Source: an uncultured Dehalococcoidia bacterium
Lineage (GTDB): Bacteria > Chloroflexota > Dehalococcoidia > Lucifugimonadales > CATQGZ01
DNA: 64,000 nucleotides
Direction of reading: 5' to 3'
NCBI GenBank assembly: GCA_958295685.2
Contig: OY282365.1
Location: 702,975-766,974 of the forward strand
Made by a program: the position numbers and the translations under genes
Part shown: one piece after another, positions 8,547 through 16,690 of the stretch
How the letters are laid out: each line of letters starts with the position of its first letter
Numbering within the stretch: the first letter of the stretch is position 1
The notes under the pieces: generated by a model
Databases searched by the model: none
Seen by the model: the letters and a program-made list of their open reading frames with translations, nothing else
What the model was told of the DNA's origin: nothing

Positions 8547-10510
8547 ATCTGGTCTCGCAGGAGCGCGGCTTTCTCGAACTCCAGGCTGCGCGATGCCTCC
8601 TTCATCTGGGACTCCAGCTCCTTGATCAGGCGCGTGATCTCCTCTCTGGGAAGGTCGCCGCGTGTCAGGTATTCGGTGCGCGTTTCCGCGACGGTCTTGA
8701 CTCGTTCGGTGATGTCGTGCACGGTCTTGCGGATGCTCTGAGGCGTGATCCCATTTTCTTCGTTGTATGCGCTCTGGAGCGTCCGGCGGCGCTCAGTCTC
8801 GTCGATCGCCTGCCTCATCGACTCGGTGACGGTGTCCGCATACATGACCACTCGGCCGTCGACGTGCCTGGCCGCCCGTCCTATCGTCTGAATCAGCGAA
8901 GTCCGCGAGCGGAGATACCCTTCCTTGTCCGCGTCCAGGATGGCGACGAGGCTCACCTCGGGCAGGTCCAGCCCCTCTCTGAGGAGATTGATGCCGACCA
9001 CCACGTCGTAGACGCCGAGTCTCAGGTCCCGCAGTATCTCGCTGCGTTCCAGTGTGTCCACCTCCGCGTGGAGATGCTGAGTCTTCACGCCCATCTCCCG
9101 CAGATAGTCGGCGAGCTCCTCGGCCATGCGCTTCGTCAGCGTCGTCACCAGGCATCGCTCGCCACGTCCCACCCGCTCGGAGATCCGGTACAGCAGGTCG
9201 TCGATCTGGCCCTGCGTGGGCCTGACCTCCACGACTGGGTCCACCAGGCCGGTGGGCCTGATCACCTGCTCGACGACCTGGGCGCTGTGCCGGCTCTCGT
9301 AAGGGCCCGGCGTGGCCGAGACGTAGACGGCCTGGCCCACGCGCTCCTCGAACTCCTCGAAGTCGAGAGGGCGGTTGTCCAGCGCCGATGGAAGGCGGAA
9401 CCCGTAGTCCACGAGCACCTCCTTCCGGGACCTGTCGCTGAAGTACATCCCCTTGATTTGCGGCAGGGTCATGTGCGACTCGTCCACGAACAGCAGGTAG
9501 TCTTCAGGGAAGTAGTCGAGCAGCGTGTTTGGCGAGCTGCCCGCGGCACGGCCGCTAAGGTGGCGGGAGTAGTTCTCGACCCCGGCGCAGGCTCCCGCCT
9601 CACGCAGCATCTCCACGTCGTAGTTGGTGCGCGACTCGAGACGCTGGGCCTCCAGCAGCTTGCCCTCCCCATTCAGCAGCGCGAGCCGCTCGGCGAGCTC
9701 GGCCTGGATGGTCTCTATGGCGGCCAAGAGCTTGTCTTCGGACGTGACGAAGTGCTTGGCAGGGTATATCTCGACGTCGTCGCGGTCGCCCAGAACCTCC
9801 CCCGTCAGCGTATCCAGCAGCACGATCCGCTCGACCTCGTCGCCCCAGTACTCGATTCGCACGCCGATCTCCTCGTAGGCCGGCAGGATCTCCAGTGTGT
9901 CGCCGCGCACCCGGAACCTGCCGCGCGCCAGGTCGAAGTCGTTGCGCTCGTACTGCATGCTCACCAGCTCCCTCACGAGGCGGCTTCTGCTCCGGGTCTC
10001 TCCTTTGCGCACGTAGGACACGAAGCTCTGGTACTCCTCCGGGGAGCCGAGGCCAAAGATGCACGAGACCGACGCAACAATGAGAACGTCCCTGCGGGTG
10101 AGCAGCGACCTCGTCGCGGAGTGGCGGAGCTTGTCCAGCTCCTCGTTCACGTCGGCGTCCTTCTCTATGTACGTGTCCGACCGCGGCACGTAGGCTTCGG
10201 GCTGGTAGTAGTCGTAGTAGCTGACGAAGTACTCGACGGCGTTGTTCGGCAGGAACTCCTTGAACTCTGTGGCGAGCTGCGCGGCCAGAGTCTTGTTGTG
10301 GGCGATGACCAGCGTGGGGCGCTGTACCCGCTCCACGGCGCAGGCCATAGTGAAGGTCTTGCCGCTCCCCGTCACGCCCATCAGTGTCTGATGGCGCATG
10401 CCCCGCTCCAGGCCCTCTACAATCCTGTCGACCGCCTGCGGCTGGTCGCCGGTCGGCCGGAAGTCCGAGGTTATCTTGAATTTCCCGGGGAGCTGTGCCG
10501 CAACAACCAT
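8516..10510 (-). CDS. uvrB: excinuclease ABC subunit B
   Basis: The 664-aa product carries [10 protein letters not shown] and a C-terminal UVR domain ([12 protein letters not shown]). Confidence 0.95.
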   Translation of the reverse strand: MVVAAQLPGKFKITSDFRPTGDQPQAVDRIVEGLERGMRHQTLMGVTGSGKTFTMACAVERVQRPTLVIAHNKTLAAQLATEFKEFLPNNAVEYFVSYYDYYQPEAYVPRSDTYIEKDADVNEELDKLRHSATRSLLTRRDVLIVASVSCIFGLGSPEEYQSFVSYVRKGETRSRSRLVRELVSMQYERNDFDLARGRFRVRGDTLEILPAYEEIGVRIEYWGDEVERIVLLDTLTGEVLGDRDDVEIYPAKHFVTSEDKLLAAIETIQAELAERLALLNGEGKLLEAQRLESRTNYDVEMLREAGACAGVENYSRHLSGRAAGSSPNTLLDYFPEDYLLFVDESHMTLPQIKGMYFSDRSRKEVLVDYGFRLPSALDNRPLDFEEFEERVGQAVYVSATPGPYESRHSAQVVEQVIRPTGLVDPVVEVRPTQGQIDDLLYRISERVGRGERCLVTTLTKRMAEELADYLREMGVKTQHLHAEVDTLERSEILRDLRLGVYDVVVGINLLREGLDLPEVSLVAILDADKEGYLRSRTSLIQTIGRAARHVDGRVVMYADTVTESMRQAIDETERRRTLQSAYNEENGITPQSIRKTVHDITERVKTVAETRTEYLTRGDLPREEITRLIKELESQMKEASRSLEFEKAALLRDQIVDLRKVAAS

Positions 10511-10516
10511 GACGCG

Positions 10517-10522
10517 ATTCTA
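10517..10522 (-). promoter_or_regulatory. candidate -10 box (TAGAAT) 6 nt upstream of the uvrB ATG (leaderless arrangement)
   Basis: The minus strand reads TAGAAT-cgcgtc-ATG. There is no RBS. The -35 region is weak (TAGTCC at 17 nt). Confidence 0.4.
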
Positions 10523-10737
10523 TCCGTTATCCCGGTCCAGGACTAGACGCGATTCACGCGTGAGCCTGTACCAGTTTGGCAGGCGCCCACTCGTAGGAGC
10601 GACTCGTGAATTGTCCGCATCGCTCAGTCCTGCCAACCACCGAATCCTGGAACTCCCAATGAGGCTCGCCGCTCGGCAGTACCGACTCGAGGCGGGGGCG
10701 GCGGCGAGGTTTGGGCAGGGCCTCGCGCTGCCTGTGG

Positions 10738-11139
10738 GAGAGAATTTTTCGCGGGATCTGTAACGCCTGAAGGTCATTTGGGGGTCGTTTCGTAGCTGTG
10801 GAGGGCGGATTGGGGCGATTTTTGGGTTACAATTAGTGACACGTATGTGACAGTTTTGTGACAGATATGTGACACTTTTGTGACACTATGTGACAGATAT
10901 GTGACACTTTGTGACAGGTGTCCGGGAGGCCGAGCGGCGGGTGCGAGCCGGGCGTGGCTGCGTCGAGACAGCCGGGGCATTGGGGGCTGGCCTGGAGAGG
11001 GTCATCGTGTCTTCTCCTTGTGTCGAGGTGGAGTTGGCGGCCGGTCATGGCCATATCGACGAACATGATTATACAGGCGCAGAACAGGGGTGTCAAGGGT
11101 GGCGGGGGGACTGTCTGAATCAGGATTCTCAGGATTGGG
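10738..11139 (-). repeat. R2: promoter-bearing intergenic repeat element (TGTCAC array)
   Basis: In minus-strand orientation the element has AATCCTG boxes (11114-11139), a promoter (11068-11096) and 8 units of 10-11 nt with a TGTCAC core (10836-10918). These are followed by CACAGCTACGA (10789-10799) and GCGAAAAATTCTC (10738-10750). Confidence 0.75.
11068..11096 (-). promoter_or_regulatory. perfect consensus promoter TTGACA-17 nt-TATAAT inside R2
   Basis: In reverse complement, 11091-11096 reads TTGACA and 11068-11073 reads TATAAT, with a 17-nt spacer. It points toward uvrB. Confidence 0.6.
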
Positions 11140-11434
11140 CTACGGCGGGGATGGATTCCTGTCCTGTATCGGGTACGCGGCAGGCTTTCGCGGGAATCAG
11201 GAGGGAGCGAGGTGGAGGATTTGGGTGTCATGCGGCCCCTTTACAACCCCGGCACGTCTTGAAAATGCCGCCAATGGTCCGGGTGAGCATAACGAGTACA
11301 TCAAAGTTGACAAGTCGTTCAGGAATGTATTACGGTCTCCGGGCGCAGCCTGTGCAGGGTTGCGCCCGAGATAACCACGGGCCATACTCCGCGGAGTTGG
11401 TCAGGGGCGAAAGGGAACAGGAAGGAGGTTCGGA

Positions 11435-13090
11435 ATGTCTATACGGAACATGGTGTTGGTGGGCATGGCGGCCTTTGCGGCCGTAGCGGTGGCCTGCGGA
11501 GGCGGCACCACCGGAGAGGTGGTCGTGGAGAGAGAGGTGATCAGAGAGGTCGAGGTGCCGGTGGTGGTGGAGAAGGAGGTCGTGAGGGAGGTCACCAAGG
11601 AGGTGCCGGTCGAGAGGACCGTGGTTCAGACCGTGGTCAGAGAGGTCGCGCCTTCGCCTCTGGCGGACAACCAAGACATCAGGATAGCCCAGACCAACAA
11701 CCCGGTCGGCCTGCACGCCTCGGAGACGACGCTGCAGAGTGAGTCCGTCATGCAGCTCCTGTATGACCCTTACTTCGTATTCGACGACGAGAGCAACGAC
11801 TTCGTCGGCAAGCTGGCTACCGAGTGGTCATTCATCGACCCGCTCACGTTCGAGATGAAGATCACCGACCAGGCGTCCTTTCACAACGGCAAGCCCTTCA
11901 CCATCCCGTCGGCCATTGAGGACGTCGAGTGGATGAGGAACGAGAGCGGCGAGGATTCCCTGAAGAACAGGACGTTCGCCGGGTTCGAGACGTGGGCCGC
12001 CGTGGACGACTATACGATCCGGCTGGGACGCTCCGCGCCCAACAGCAACCCGCTGAGCGGCTTCACCAGGGGCCGGCACAAGTCCCACGAACCGGAGCAT
12101 CTGGCCAAGACCGGCTATGGCGGCTACAGCGACGACCCAGTCGGCACGGGGCCGATGCAGTACGTCGACTGGGAGCGGGAGAACTTCGTAAGAATGGAGA
12201 GGTTCCCCGACTACTGGGACTACGACACCACTATCGAGACGGTCAGCTTCCACCAGGTGCCCGAGACGGCGGTCCGCGTTGCGGGGCTCCAGACCGGCGA
12301 CTTCAACGTGGTCTACAGCCTTCCCGTCGACCTGATTCCCAGCCTGCTCAGGGACAACTTCAACATCTTCACGGGGAAGGTGCAGCAGACCGAGGTCATG
12401 TACCTCAACCCGCGCGCGACCGAGCCGCAGATGGACGACAAGAGGGTGCGCCAGGCCATGCAGTACGCGCTCGACCTGGAGGCCATCCACGGCACCATCC
12501 TGGGCGGGTACGCGCTGCCGGTCCCGGCCGGTCAGATGACCCCCGAGGGCGCCTTCGGATTCAATTCGGACGTCTCGGCGTACCCATACGATCCGGACAA
12601 GGCCATGAGTCTGCTGGAAGAAGCGGGCTACCCCGACGGCATCAGCGTGAGCGGCGTGTCCAGCATCGGACGCTACTTCCGCAACCAGGAGGTGCTCACC
12701 GCGATGATCGCGCAGTGGAAGGCGGTCGGGATCGACGTCGACATCGACTTCCGAACCTCGTCCCAGTGGCTCGCCGCGCTCCGAGCCGGAGAGTTGGGCG
12801 CGATCAGCGACATCGGGATGAACTGGTACGGCATATTCCCAATCACCATCTCCAGAGTCACCCACCCGGATTGGCAGGACCGCATGGCGCAGATCAGAAC
12901 CGAGACGGACAGGGCCCAGCTGGATGGGCTCTTGAAAGAGGCCGCGGAGTACATGCACGACCAGGCGTGGAGCATCTTCGCCTACCGCATCCCGCTGGTC
13001 TTCGGGCTGCACCCGGACATAGAGGACCTGACTTGGGGCCCGTCGTGGGAGCCCAGGCTGGAGGACGCGAGGGTGCTCGCAAGCCGGTAA
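11435..13090 (+). CDS. ABC transporter substrate-binding protein (peptide/nickel family 5)
   Basis: The 551-aa product has an N-terminal signal/lipobox-like sequence (AAVAVACGGG) and family-5 SBP-like sequence. A GGAAGGAGG RBS is present. Confidence 0.8.
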   Translation: MSIRNMVLVGMAAFAAVAVACGGGTTGEVVVEREVIREVEVPVVVEKEVVREVTKEVPVERTVVQTVVREVAPSPLADNQDIRIAQTNNPVGLHASETTLQSESVMQLLYDPYFVFDDESNDFVGKLATEWSFIDPLTFEMKITDQASFHNGKPFTIPSAIEDVEWMRNESGEDSLKNRTFAGFETWAAVDDYTIRLGRSAPNSNPLSGFTRGRHKSHEPEHLAKTGYGGYSDDPVGTGPMQYVDWERENFVRMERFPDYWDYDTTIETVSFHQVPETAVRVAGLQTGDFNVVYSLPVDLIPSLLRDNFNIFTGKVQQTEVMYLNPRATEPQMDDKRVRQAMQYALDLEAIHGTILGGYALPVPAGQMTPEGAFGFNSDVSAYPYDPDKAMSLLEEAGYPDGISVSGVSSIGRYFRNQEVLTAMIAQWKAVGIDVDIDFRTSSQWLAALRAGELGAISDIGMNWYGIFPITISRVTHPDWQDRMAQIRTETDRAQLDGLLKEAAEYMHDQAWSIFAYRIPLVFGLHPDIEDLTWGPSWEPRLEDARVLASR

Positions 13091-13138
13091 CCCGCACGCC
13101 CTAAGAGCCGACTCAGGGGCCAGTCGTCATACGAATGC

Positions 13139-13177
13139 AAAAGGGGGAGGCGCGCAGCCGAGTGTGCCTCCCCCTTT
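13139..13177 (+). terminator. intercistronic stem-loop between the SBP and permease genes
   Basis: AAAGGGGGAGGC, a 14-nt loop and GCCTCCCCCTTT form a stem of about 12 bp. It lies 50 nt after the SBP stop and 33 nt before the permease start. There is no clear U-tract. Confidence 0.35.
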
Positions 13178-13209
13178 GCTATGCCAGACCCGCCGCCTAG
13201 GGGAGCGAC

Positions 13210-14142
13210 TTGACCCGGTATATCGTACGCAGAAGCCTCCAGGCAGTCGTAGTCATCTACCTGGTAGTCACCCTGGTCTTCTTCCTCATGAGACTGGGGG
13301 AGGGTGATCCGGCCCAGCACCTGGTGGACTGGGAGCAGGACTACGAGGCCGCGCTGGAGCAGTACCGCGACCTGTACGTGGCGATGGGCCTCGCCAGACC
13401 CGTCGTCGTACAGTACGGCATCCACCTGTACCGGACCTTCACCGGCCAGTTCGGCGACTCCACCATCTTCAACGTCCCGGCATGGCAGTTGCTGGGCGAG
13501 CGGATAGTGAAGACGTCTCAGATGGGAGGGGCCGCGCTCCTGCTCTCCGTCGGTATCGGCATACCGCTGGGGATCATATCCGCTCTCAGGCGCGGCTCCG
13601 TGGTCGACACGGGGGCCACGACCTTCTCGGTCTTGGGGCTGACCATACCGAACTTCTGGCAGGCTCTGCTGATGATACTGATCTTCGGCGTCTGGCTCCG
13701 GTGGCTGCCCATCTATGGGGCCGACACCTGGAAGCACATGATCATGCCGTCCATCGTGGCGTCATCCGCGCTGATGGCCACGATGTCCCGGTTCACCCGG
13801 TCCGGGATGCTGGAGGTGCTGAGGCAGGACTACATCAGGACGGCGGCGTCCAAGGGCCTGGGGCCGTCGGTCATCGTGGTCAGACACGCCATGCGGAACG
13901 GGCTGATCTCCGTAATCACCCTGCTGGGCGCGGCTGTCCCGCTGTTCTGGTCCGGCGTCTTCTTCGTCGAGTACGTGTTCGCCTGGCCGGGGGTCGGGCT
14001 GCTGTTCCTCAACTCGATAAACCAGCAGGATCTGCCCGTCGTGTTCATGCTCCTGCTGCTGATATCCGTGGCCACCGTGTTCGGCTACCTGCTGGTGGAC
14101 ATCATCTACGCGCTGGTCGATCCGAGGATACGGTTCAGATGA
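13210..14142 (+). CDS. ABC transporter permease (DppB/OppB-like)
   Basis: The 310-aa polytopic protein starts at a TTG with a GGGGAG RBS. Confidence 0.85.
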   Translation: MTRYIVRRSLQAVVVIYLVVTLVFFLMRLGEGDPAQHLVDWEQDYEAALEQYRDLYVAMGLARPVVVQYGIHLYRTFTGQFGDSTIFNVPAWQLLGERIVKTSQMGGAALLLSVGIGIPLGIISALRRGSVVDTGATTFSVLGLTIPNFWQALLMILIFGVWLRWLPIYGADTWKHMIMPSIVASSALMATMSRFTRSGMLEVLRQDYIRTAASKGLGPSVIVVRHAMRNGLISVITLLGAAVPLFWSGVFFVEYVFAWPGVGLLFLNSINQQDLPVVFMLLLLISVATVFGYLLVDIIYALVDPRIRFR

Positions 14143-15143
14143 ACACGCCGCCGAGCGGACAGGCCGGCGCCGTCAGGCTCTCTCAGATGGCTTCCCTGCC
14201 GCGCTGGATGCGCTGGGTCAGCCCGCGCAGGCTGTGGGTCAACCGGCTGGGCATAGTCGGGGGCGGCATCTTCCTGCTGTTCATCTTCTGCGGCATCTTC
14301 GCGCCGTGGGTGGCAGGGGCCGACCCGAATGAGGTTAGCCTGCAGGACCGCTTCAAGTATCCGACCTTCTGCAACGCGCTGCCCTGGGTGTCCACCTATG
14401 AGCCTGGGGAGGGTGAGATAGTGGGGGCGGTCTTCTGTCATCCGGACCCGGAGAATAGGAAGGGGCCTCTGGGAACCGACAAGCTCGGCAGGGACGTGCT
14501 GAGCCGGCTCATCCACGGGGCGCGCATAGCGATGATAGTCGCCCTGTCGGCGTCCGCCCTCAGCGGGGTGATCGGTATATCGATAGGCATAGCGACCGCC
14601 TACTACGGCGGCTTCATCGACGACGTGATAATGCGCATAGCCGACACCTGGGACGCGGTGCCTCCCCTCGTCATCATCCTGGCGCTGCTGGCGTTCATTC
14701 CCGGAGGCGTGGTTACGCTGATCCTGCTGATCGGCATCGTGGGGGGGGGGTGGATCGGCACGGTGCGCATCGTCCGCGGCGAGTCGCTCAGCCTGCGTGG
14801 GCGGGACTACGTGCTGGCGGCGCAGGCCATGGGGGCGAGCGACAGGCGAATAATGTTCCGCCACATCCTGCCGAATACGATGGCGCCCATCATCGTCGGG
14901 AAGACGATGGGCATCGGGGGGGTCATTCTGGCAGAGTCGGGTTTGAGCTTCCTGGGGCTGGGGGTTCCGCCAGACGTGCCGTCGTGGGGGCGCATGTTGA
15001 CGGAGGCCCAGGAGTTCATCCTGGTGGCCTGGTGGCCGTCGATATTCCCCGGGCTGGTCATAACCCTGGTCGTGCTGTCGACGGTCTTCATGGGAGACTG
15101 GCTGCGGGACACCCTGGATCCGCGGCTGAGGGGCTCCAGGTAG
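14139..15143 (+). CDS. ABC transporter permease (DppC/OppC-like)
   Basis: The ATG at 14139 overlaps the upstream stop (ATGA). The sequence reads MNTPPSGQ…GTDKLGRDVLSRLIHG. The longer ORF starting at 13482 is an out-of-frame overlap with the previous gene. Confidence 0.85.
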   Translation: MNTPPSGQAGAVRLSQMASLPRWMRWVSPRRLWVNRLGIVGGGIFLLFIFCGIFAPWVAGADPNEVSLQDRFKYPTFCNALPWVSTYEPGEGEIVGAVFCHPDPENRKGPLGTDKLGRDVLSRLIHGARIAMIVALSASALSGVIGISIGIATAYYGGFIDDVIMRIADTWDAVPPLVIILALLAFIPGGVVTLILLIGIVGGGWIGTVRIVRGESLSLRGRDYVLAAQAMGASDRRIMFRHILPNTMAPIIVGKTMGIGGVILAESGLSFLGLGVPPDVPSWGRMLTEAQEFILVAWWPSIFPGLVITLVVLSTVFMGDWLRDTLDPRLRGSR

Positions 15144-15199
15144 CCGGGCTACAGAACGGCACGACGTATTGAAGCGCCGGTTCCCTGATGTTGGGAACT

Positions 15200-15276
15200 T
15201 GGCGACCCCGACCGGATTCGAACCGGCGATCTCTGCCTTGACAGGGCAGTATGTTAAACCGCTACACCACGGGGCC
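15200..15276 (-). tRNA. tRNA-Asp (GTC)
   Basis: The reverse complement is GGCCCCGTGGTGTAGCGGTTTAACATACTGCCCTGTCAAGGCAGAGATCGCCGGTTCGAATCCGGTCGGGGTCGCCA. It folds as a cloverleaf with anticodon loop CTGTCAA, a TTCGAAT T-loop and an encoded CCA. Confidence 0.9.
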
Positions 15277-15352
15277 GCGAGGGGGAGAACTTTGTGTCCA
15301 GGGTTCCAGCCGGAGGGCGCGCCGCCGTCACGCCGAGCGGCGCGGTCGGCGC

Positions 15353-15589
15353 CTAGATGGACTGAAGAGCGGCATCCAGTTTCGGCGGGCTGTAGCCCAC
15401 GATCCGCTCATTCCCGATCACCGTAACCGGCGTCGTGCGGTAGCCCATGCCGACCAGGCGCTTGACCGCCTCCGGGTCCATAGACACGTTGTACTCGGTG
15501 AAGGAGACACCCTTTCGTGAAAGATACACTTTCACCATGTGGCAGGGGCCTCAGCCAGTGGACGTATAGACTTGTATCTCGTTTTCCAT
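15353..15589 (-). CDS. glutaredoxin/NrdH (YruB)-like selenoprotein, active site U-G-P-C
   Basis: The ATG at 15589 has a GGAG RBS 7 nt upstream. The product reads MENEIQVYTSTG-[TGA 15551-15553]-GPCHMVKVYLSRKGVSFTEYNV…TTPVTVIGNERIVGYSPPKLDAAL. The in-frame TGA falls exactly at the first Cys of the CxxC motif of small glutaredoxin-like proteins (…VYT.xWCPPCxxxKxxL…). A hairpin lies 15 nt downstream. Confidence 0.75.
15517..15535 (-). promoter_or_regulatory. candidate SECIS-like hairpin downstream of the Grx-like UGA
   Basis: GUGAAAG-UGUAU-CUUUCAC is a perfect 7-bp stem starting 15 nt 3' of the UGA. Confidence 0.35.
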
Positions 15590-15678
15590 AACACACTCCA
15601 TGTCTCATTATAGACGGCGGGGGCTTCCGGGCGATAGGGCCGGGGCCGCCCCGCCGGGTCGTCTTGATCAGGCCGGGC

Positions 15679-16113
15679 TCACGCGCCGCCTCCGGCCTCC
15701 CTTCGCTTTTTGAGGTTGTGTTCCTTCTTGCCGCCTGTGTCTTCGAACAGCTCTCGTCCGACAGGCACCGCCTTGTCGATGGTCTGAACCGCCTCCCCTT
15801 CCTCCTGGTACTTGCGAAGAAACTCTTCGCTCACGAAGAACATTCATATACAGAACCCGTCGCGCTCGATGTCCTCGTGGTGCCTCTCGCAGGGGCATAT
15901 CTTCTTGCGGTCCTCGACGGGATCGCCGCTGAGCGGCATTCAGGGACAGTATCTATAGCCATGTATCCTCTCGTTGTCGCCCAAGCCCTCCTGGACGACG
16001 CGGACCACGTCCTGCTCGGGGAAGAACTCGTACGGCCCCCTGTCCACGTAGCGTTCCGAGAACTTCACGGCTCTGTCGAATGCTTCCTCGGGTGTCAGCT
16101 TGCGTTTGTTCAT
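15679..16113 (-). CDS. ferredoxin:thioredoxin reductase catalytic-subunit-like selenoprotein with two in-frame UGA codons
   Basis: The ATG at 16113 has a GAGGTG RBS; a GTG at 16122 is also possible. The translation reads …VVQEGLGDNERIHGYRYCP-[TGA 15940-15942]-MPLSGDPVEDRKKICPCERHHEDIERDGFCI-[TGA 15844-15846]-MFFVSEEF…, ending at the TGA at 15679-15681. This reproduces the FTRc CPC…CPC…CHC(MLF) pattern as CPU…CPC…CIU(MFF). Confidence 0.75.
15925..15937 (-). promoter_or_regulatory. small hairpin immediately 3' of the first FTR-like UGA (SECIS candidate)
   Basis: GCCGC-UCA-GCGGC starts 2 nt after the UGA. A comparable hairpin, UCUUCG-UGAG-CGAAGA, lies at 15824-15839 after the second UGA. Confidence 0.3.
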
Positions 16114-16118
16114 GCCGC

Positions 16119-16364
16119 TCACCTCGGCGCCGCCCGTCCCATTCTGAATTGCCGATGGGCATCGCAGGACATCCTGGAGAACGAGTCGGCCTGAGTTTCG
16201 ATTCGCTGCGCCAGAGTGGGCAGGACTGCCTCGATCTCCCCGAGGGTCTTATCGCCGCCCACTTCTACGCTGAGGAGGGCGGAGGTTCCACACTCGCAGC
16301 CTGCCTTGAAGAAGACTTTGCGGAATCCGGGGTTGGCGGACAGGTCCAGCTTGAAGCCGGGCAT
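16119..16364 (-). CDS. hypothetical small protein upstream of the FTR-like gene (start uncertain)
   Basis: The ORF reads MPGFKLDLSANPGFRKVFFKAGCECGTSALLSVEV…SCDAHRQFRMG. Its stop lies 5 nt before the FTR-like ATG. The frame stays open up to the tRNA-Val gene, and GTG/TTG starts are possible up to about 16507. I recognise no family. Confidence 0.4.
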   Translation of the reverse strand: MPGFKLDLSANPGFRKVFFKAGCECGTSALLSVEVGGDKTLGEIEAVLPTLAQRIETQADSFSRMSCDAHRQFRMGRAAPR

Positions 16365-16514
16365 TGCAACTAGGTCTGTCCTGTGCAGGACGGCGCCTGC
16401 TATGAGCGCGTGGAGCTCGTCGTCTCCGGGCACCTCGCCACTCACAGCCACCGCCTGGTTCGGCGCGAAGTCATCTCGAGGCAATGGGGCTCCCCCTGCG
16501 ACCGTCGTCACTCG

Positions 16515-16591
16515 TGGTGGGCGGTACTGGATTTGAACCAATGACCTCTGCGATGTCAACGCAGCGCTCTGAACCACTGAGCTAACCGCCC
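16515..16591 (-). tRNA. tRNA-Val (GAC)
   Basis: The reverse complement is GGGCGGTTAGCTCAGTGGTTCAGAGCGCTGCGTTGACATCGCAGAGGTCATTGGTTCAAATCCAGTACCGCCCACCA. The anticodon loop is TTGACAT and the CCA is encoded. Confidence 0.92.
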
Positions 16592-16609
16592 TTGCCGGAC
16601 TCATGGTCA

Positions 16610-16639
16610 AGTTTAGCAAGCCACTTCCCAACGGGTCAA
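16610..16639 (-). promoter_or_regulatory. candidate tRNA-Val promoter TTGACC-18 nt-TAAACT
   Basis: In reverse complement, 16634-16639 reads TTGACC and 16610-16615 reads TAAACT. The -10 box ends 18 nt before the tRNA 5' end. Confidence 0.45.
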
Positions 16640-16690
16640 GCTGGCACGCGGGCGAACCTGTCCCTCCTAGTCGACTGGGGCTCGGCGGCA

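Noticed and set aside
8300-10546. A 748-aa plus-strand ORF overlaps uvrB. Similar long antisense or alternate-frame ORFs occur at 17244-18851, 25594-27444, 37121-39235, 53886-55253, 55392-56903 and 58647-59915.
   Set aside because: These are shadow ORFs typical of high-G+C DNA. Their products are low-complexity and rich in Arg, Gly, Ala and Pro, with no family resemblance. The opposite strand encodes clearly recognisable proteins.
13482-14138. Several genes have long N-terminal extensions in the ORF track: 13482-15143, 23204-25984, 39366-41570, 57552-58742, 61564-62427 and 33937-34554.
   Set aside because: The extensions overlap the preceding well-supported gene in another frame and have alternate-frame composition. 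Internal starts that overlap or abut the upstream stop (ATGA or GTGA) give full-length family-like proteins.
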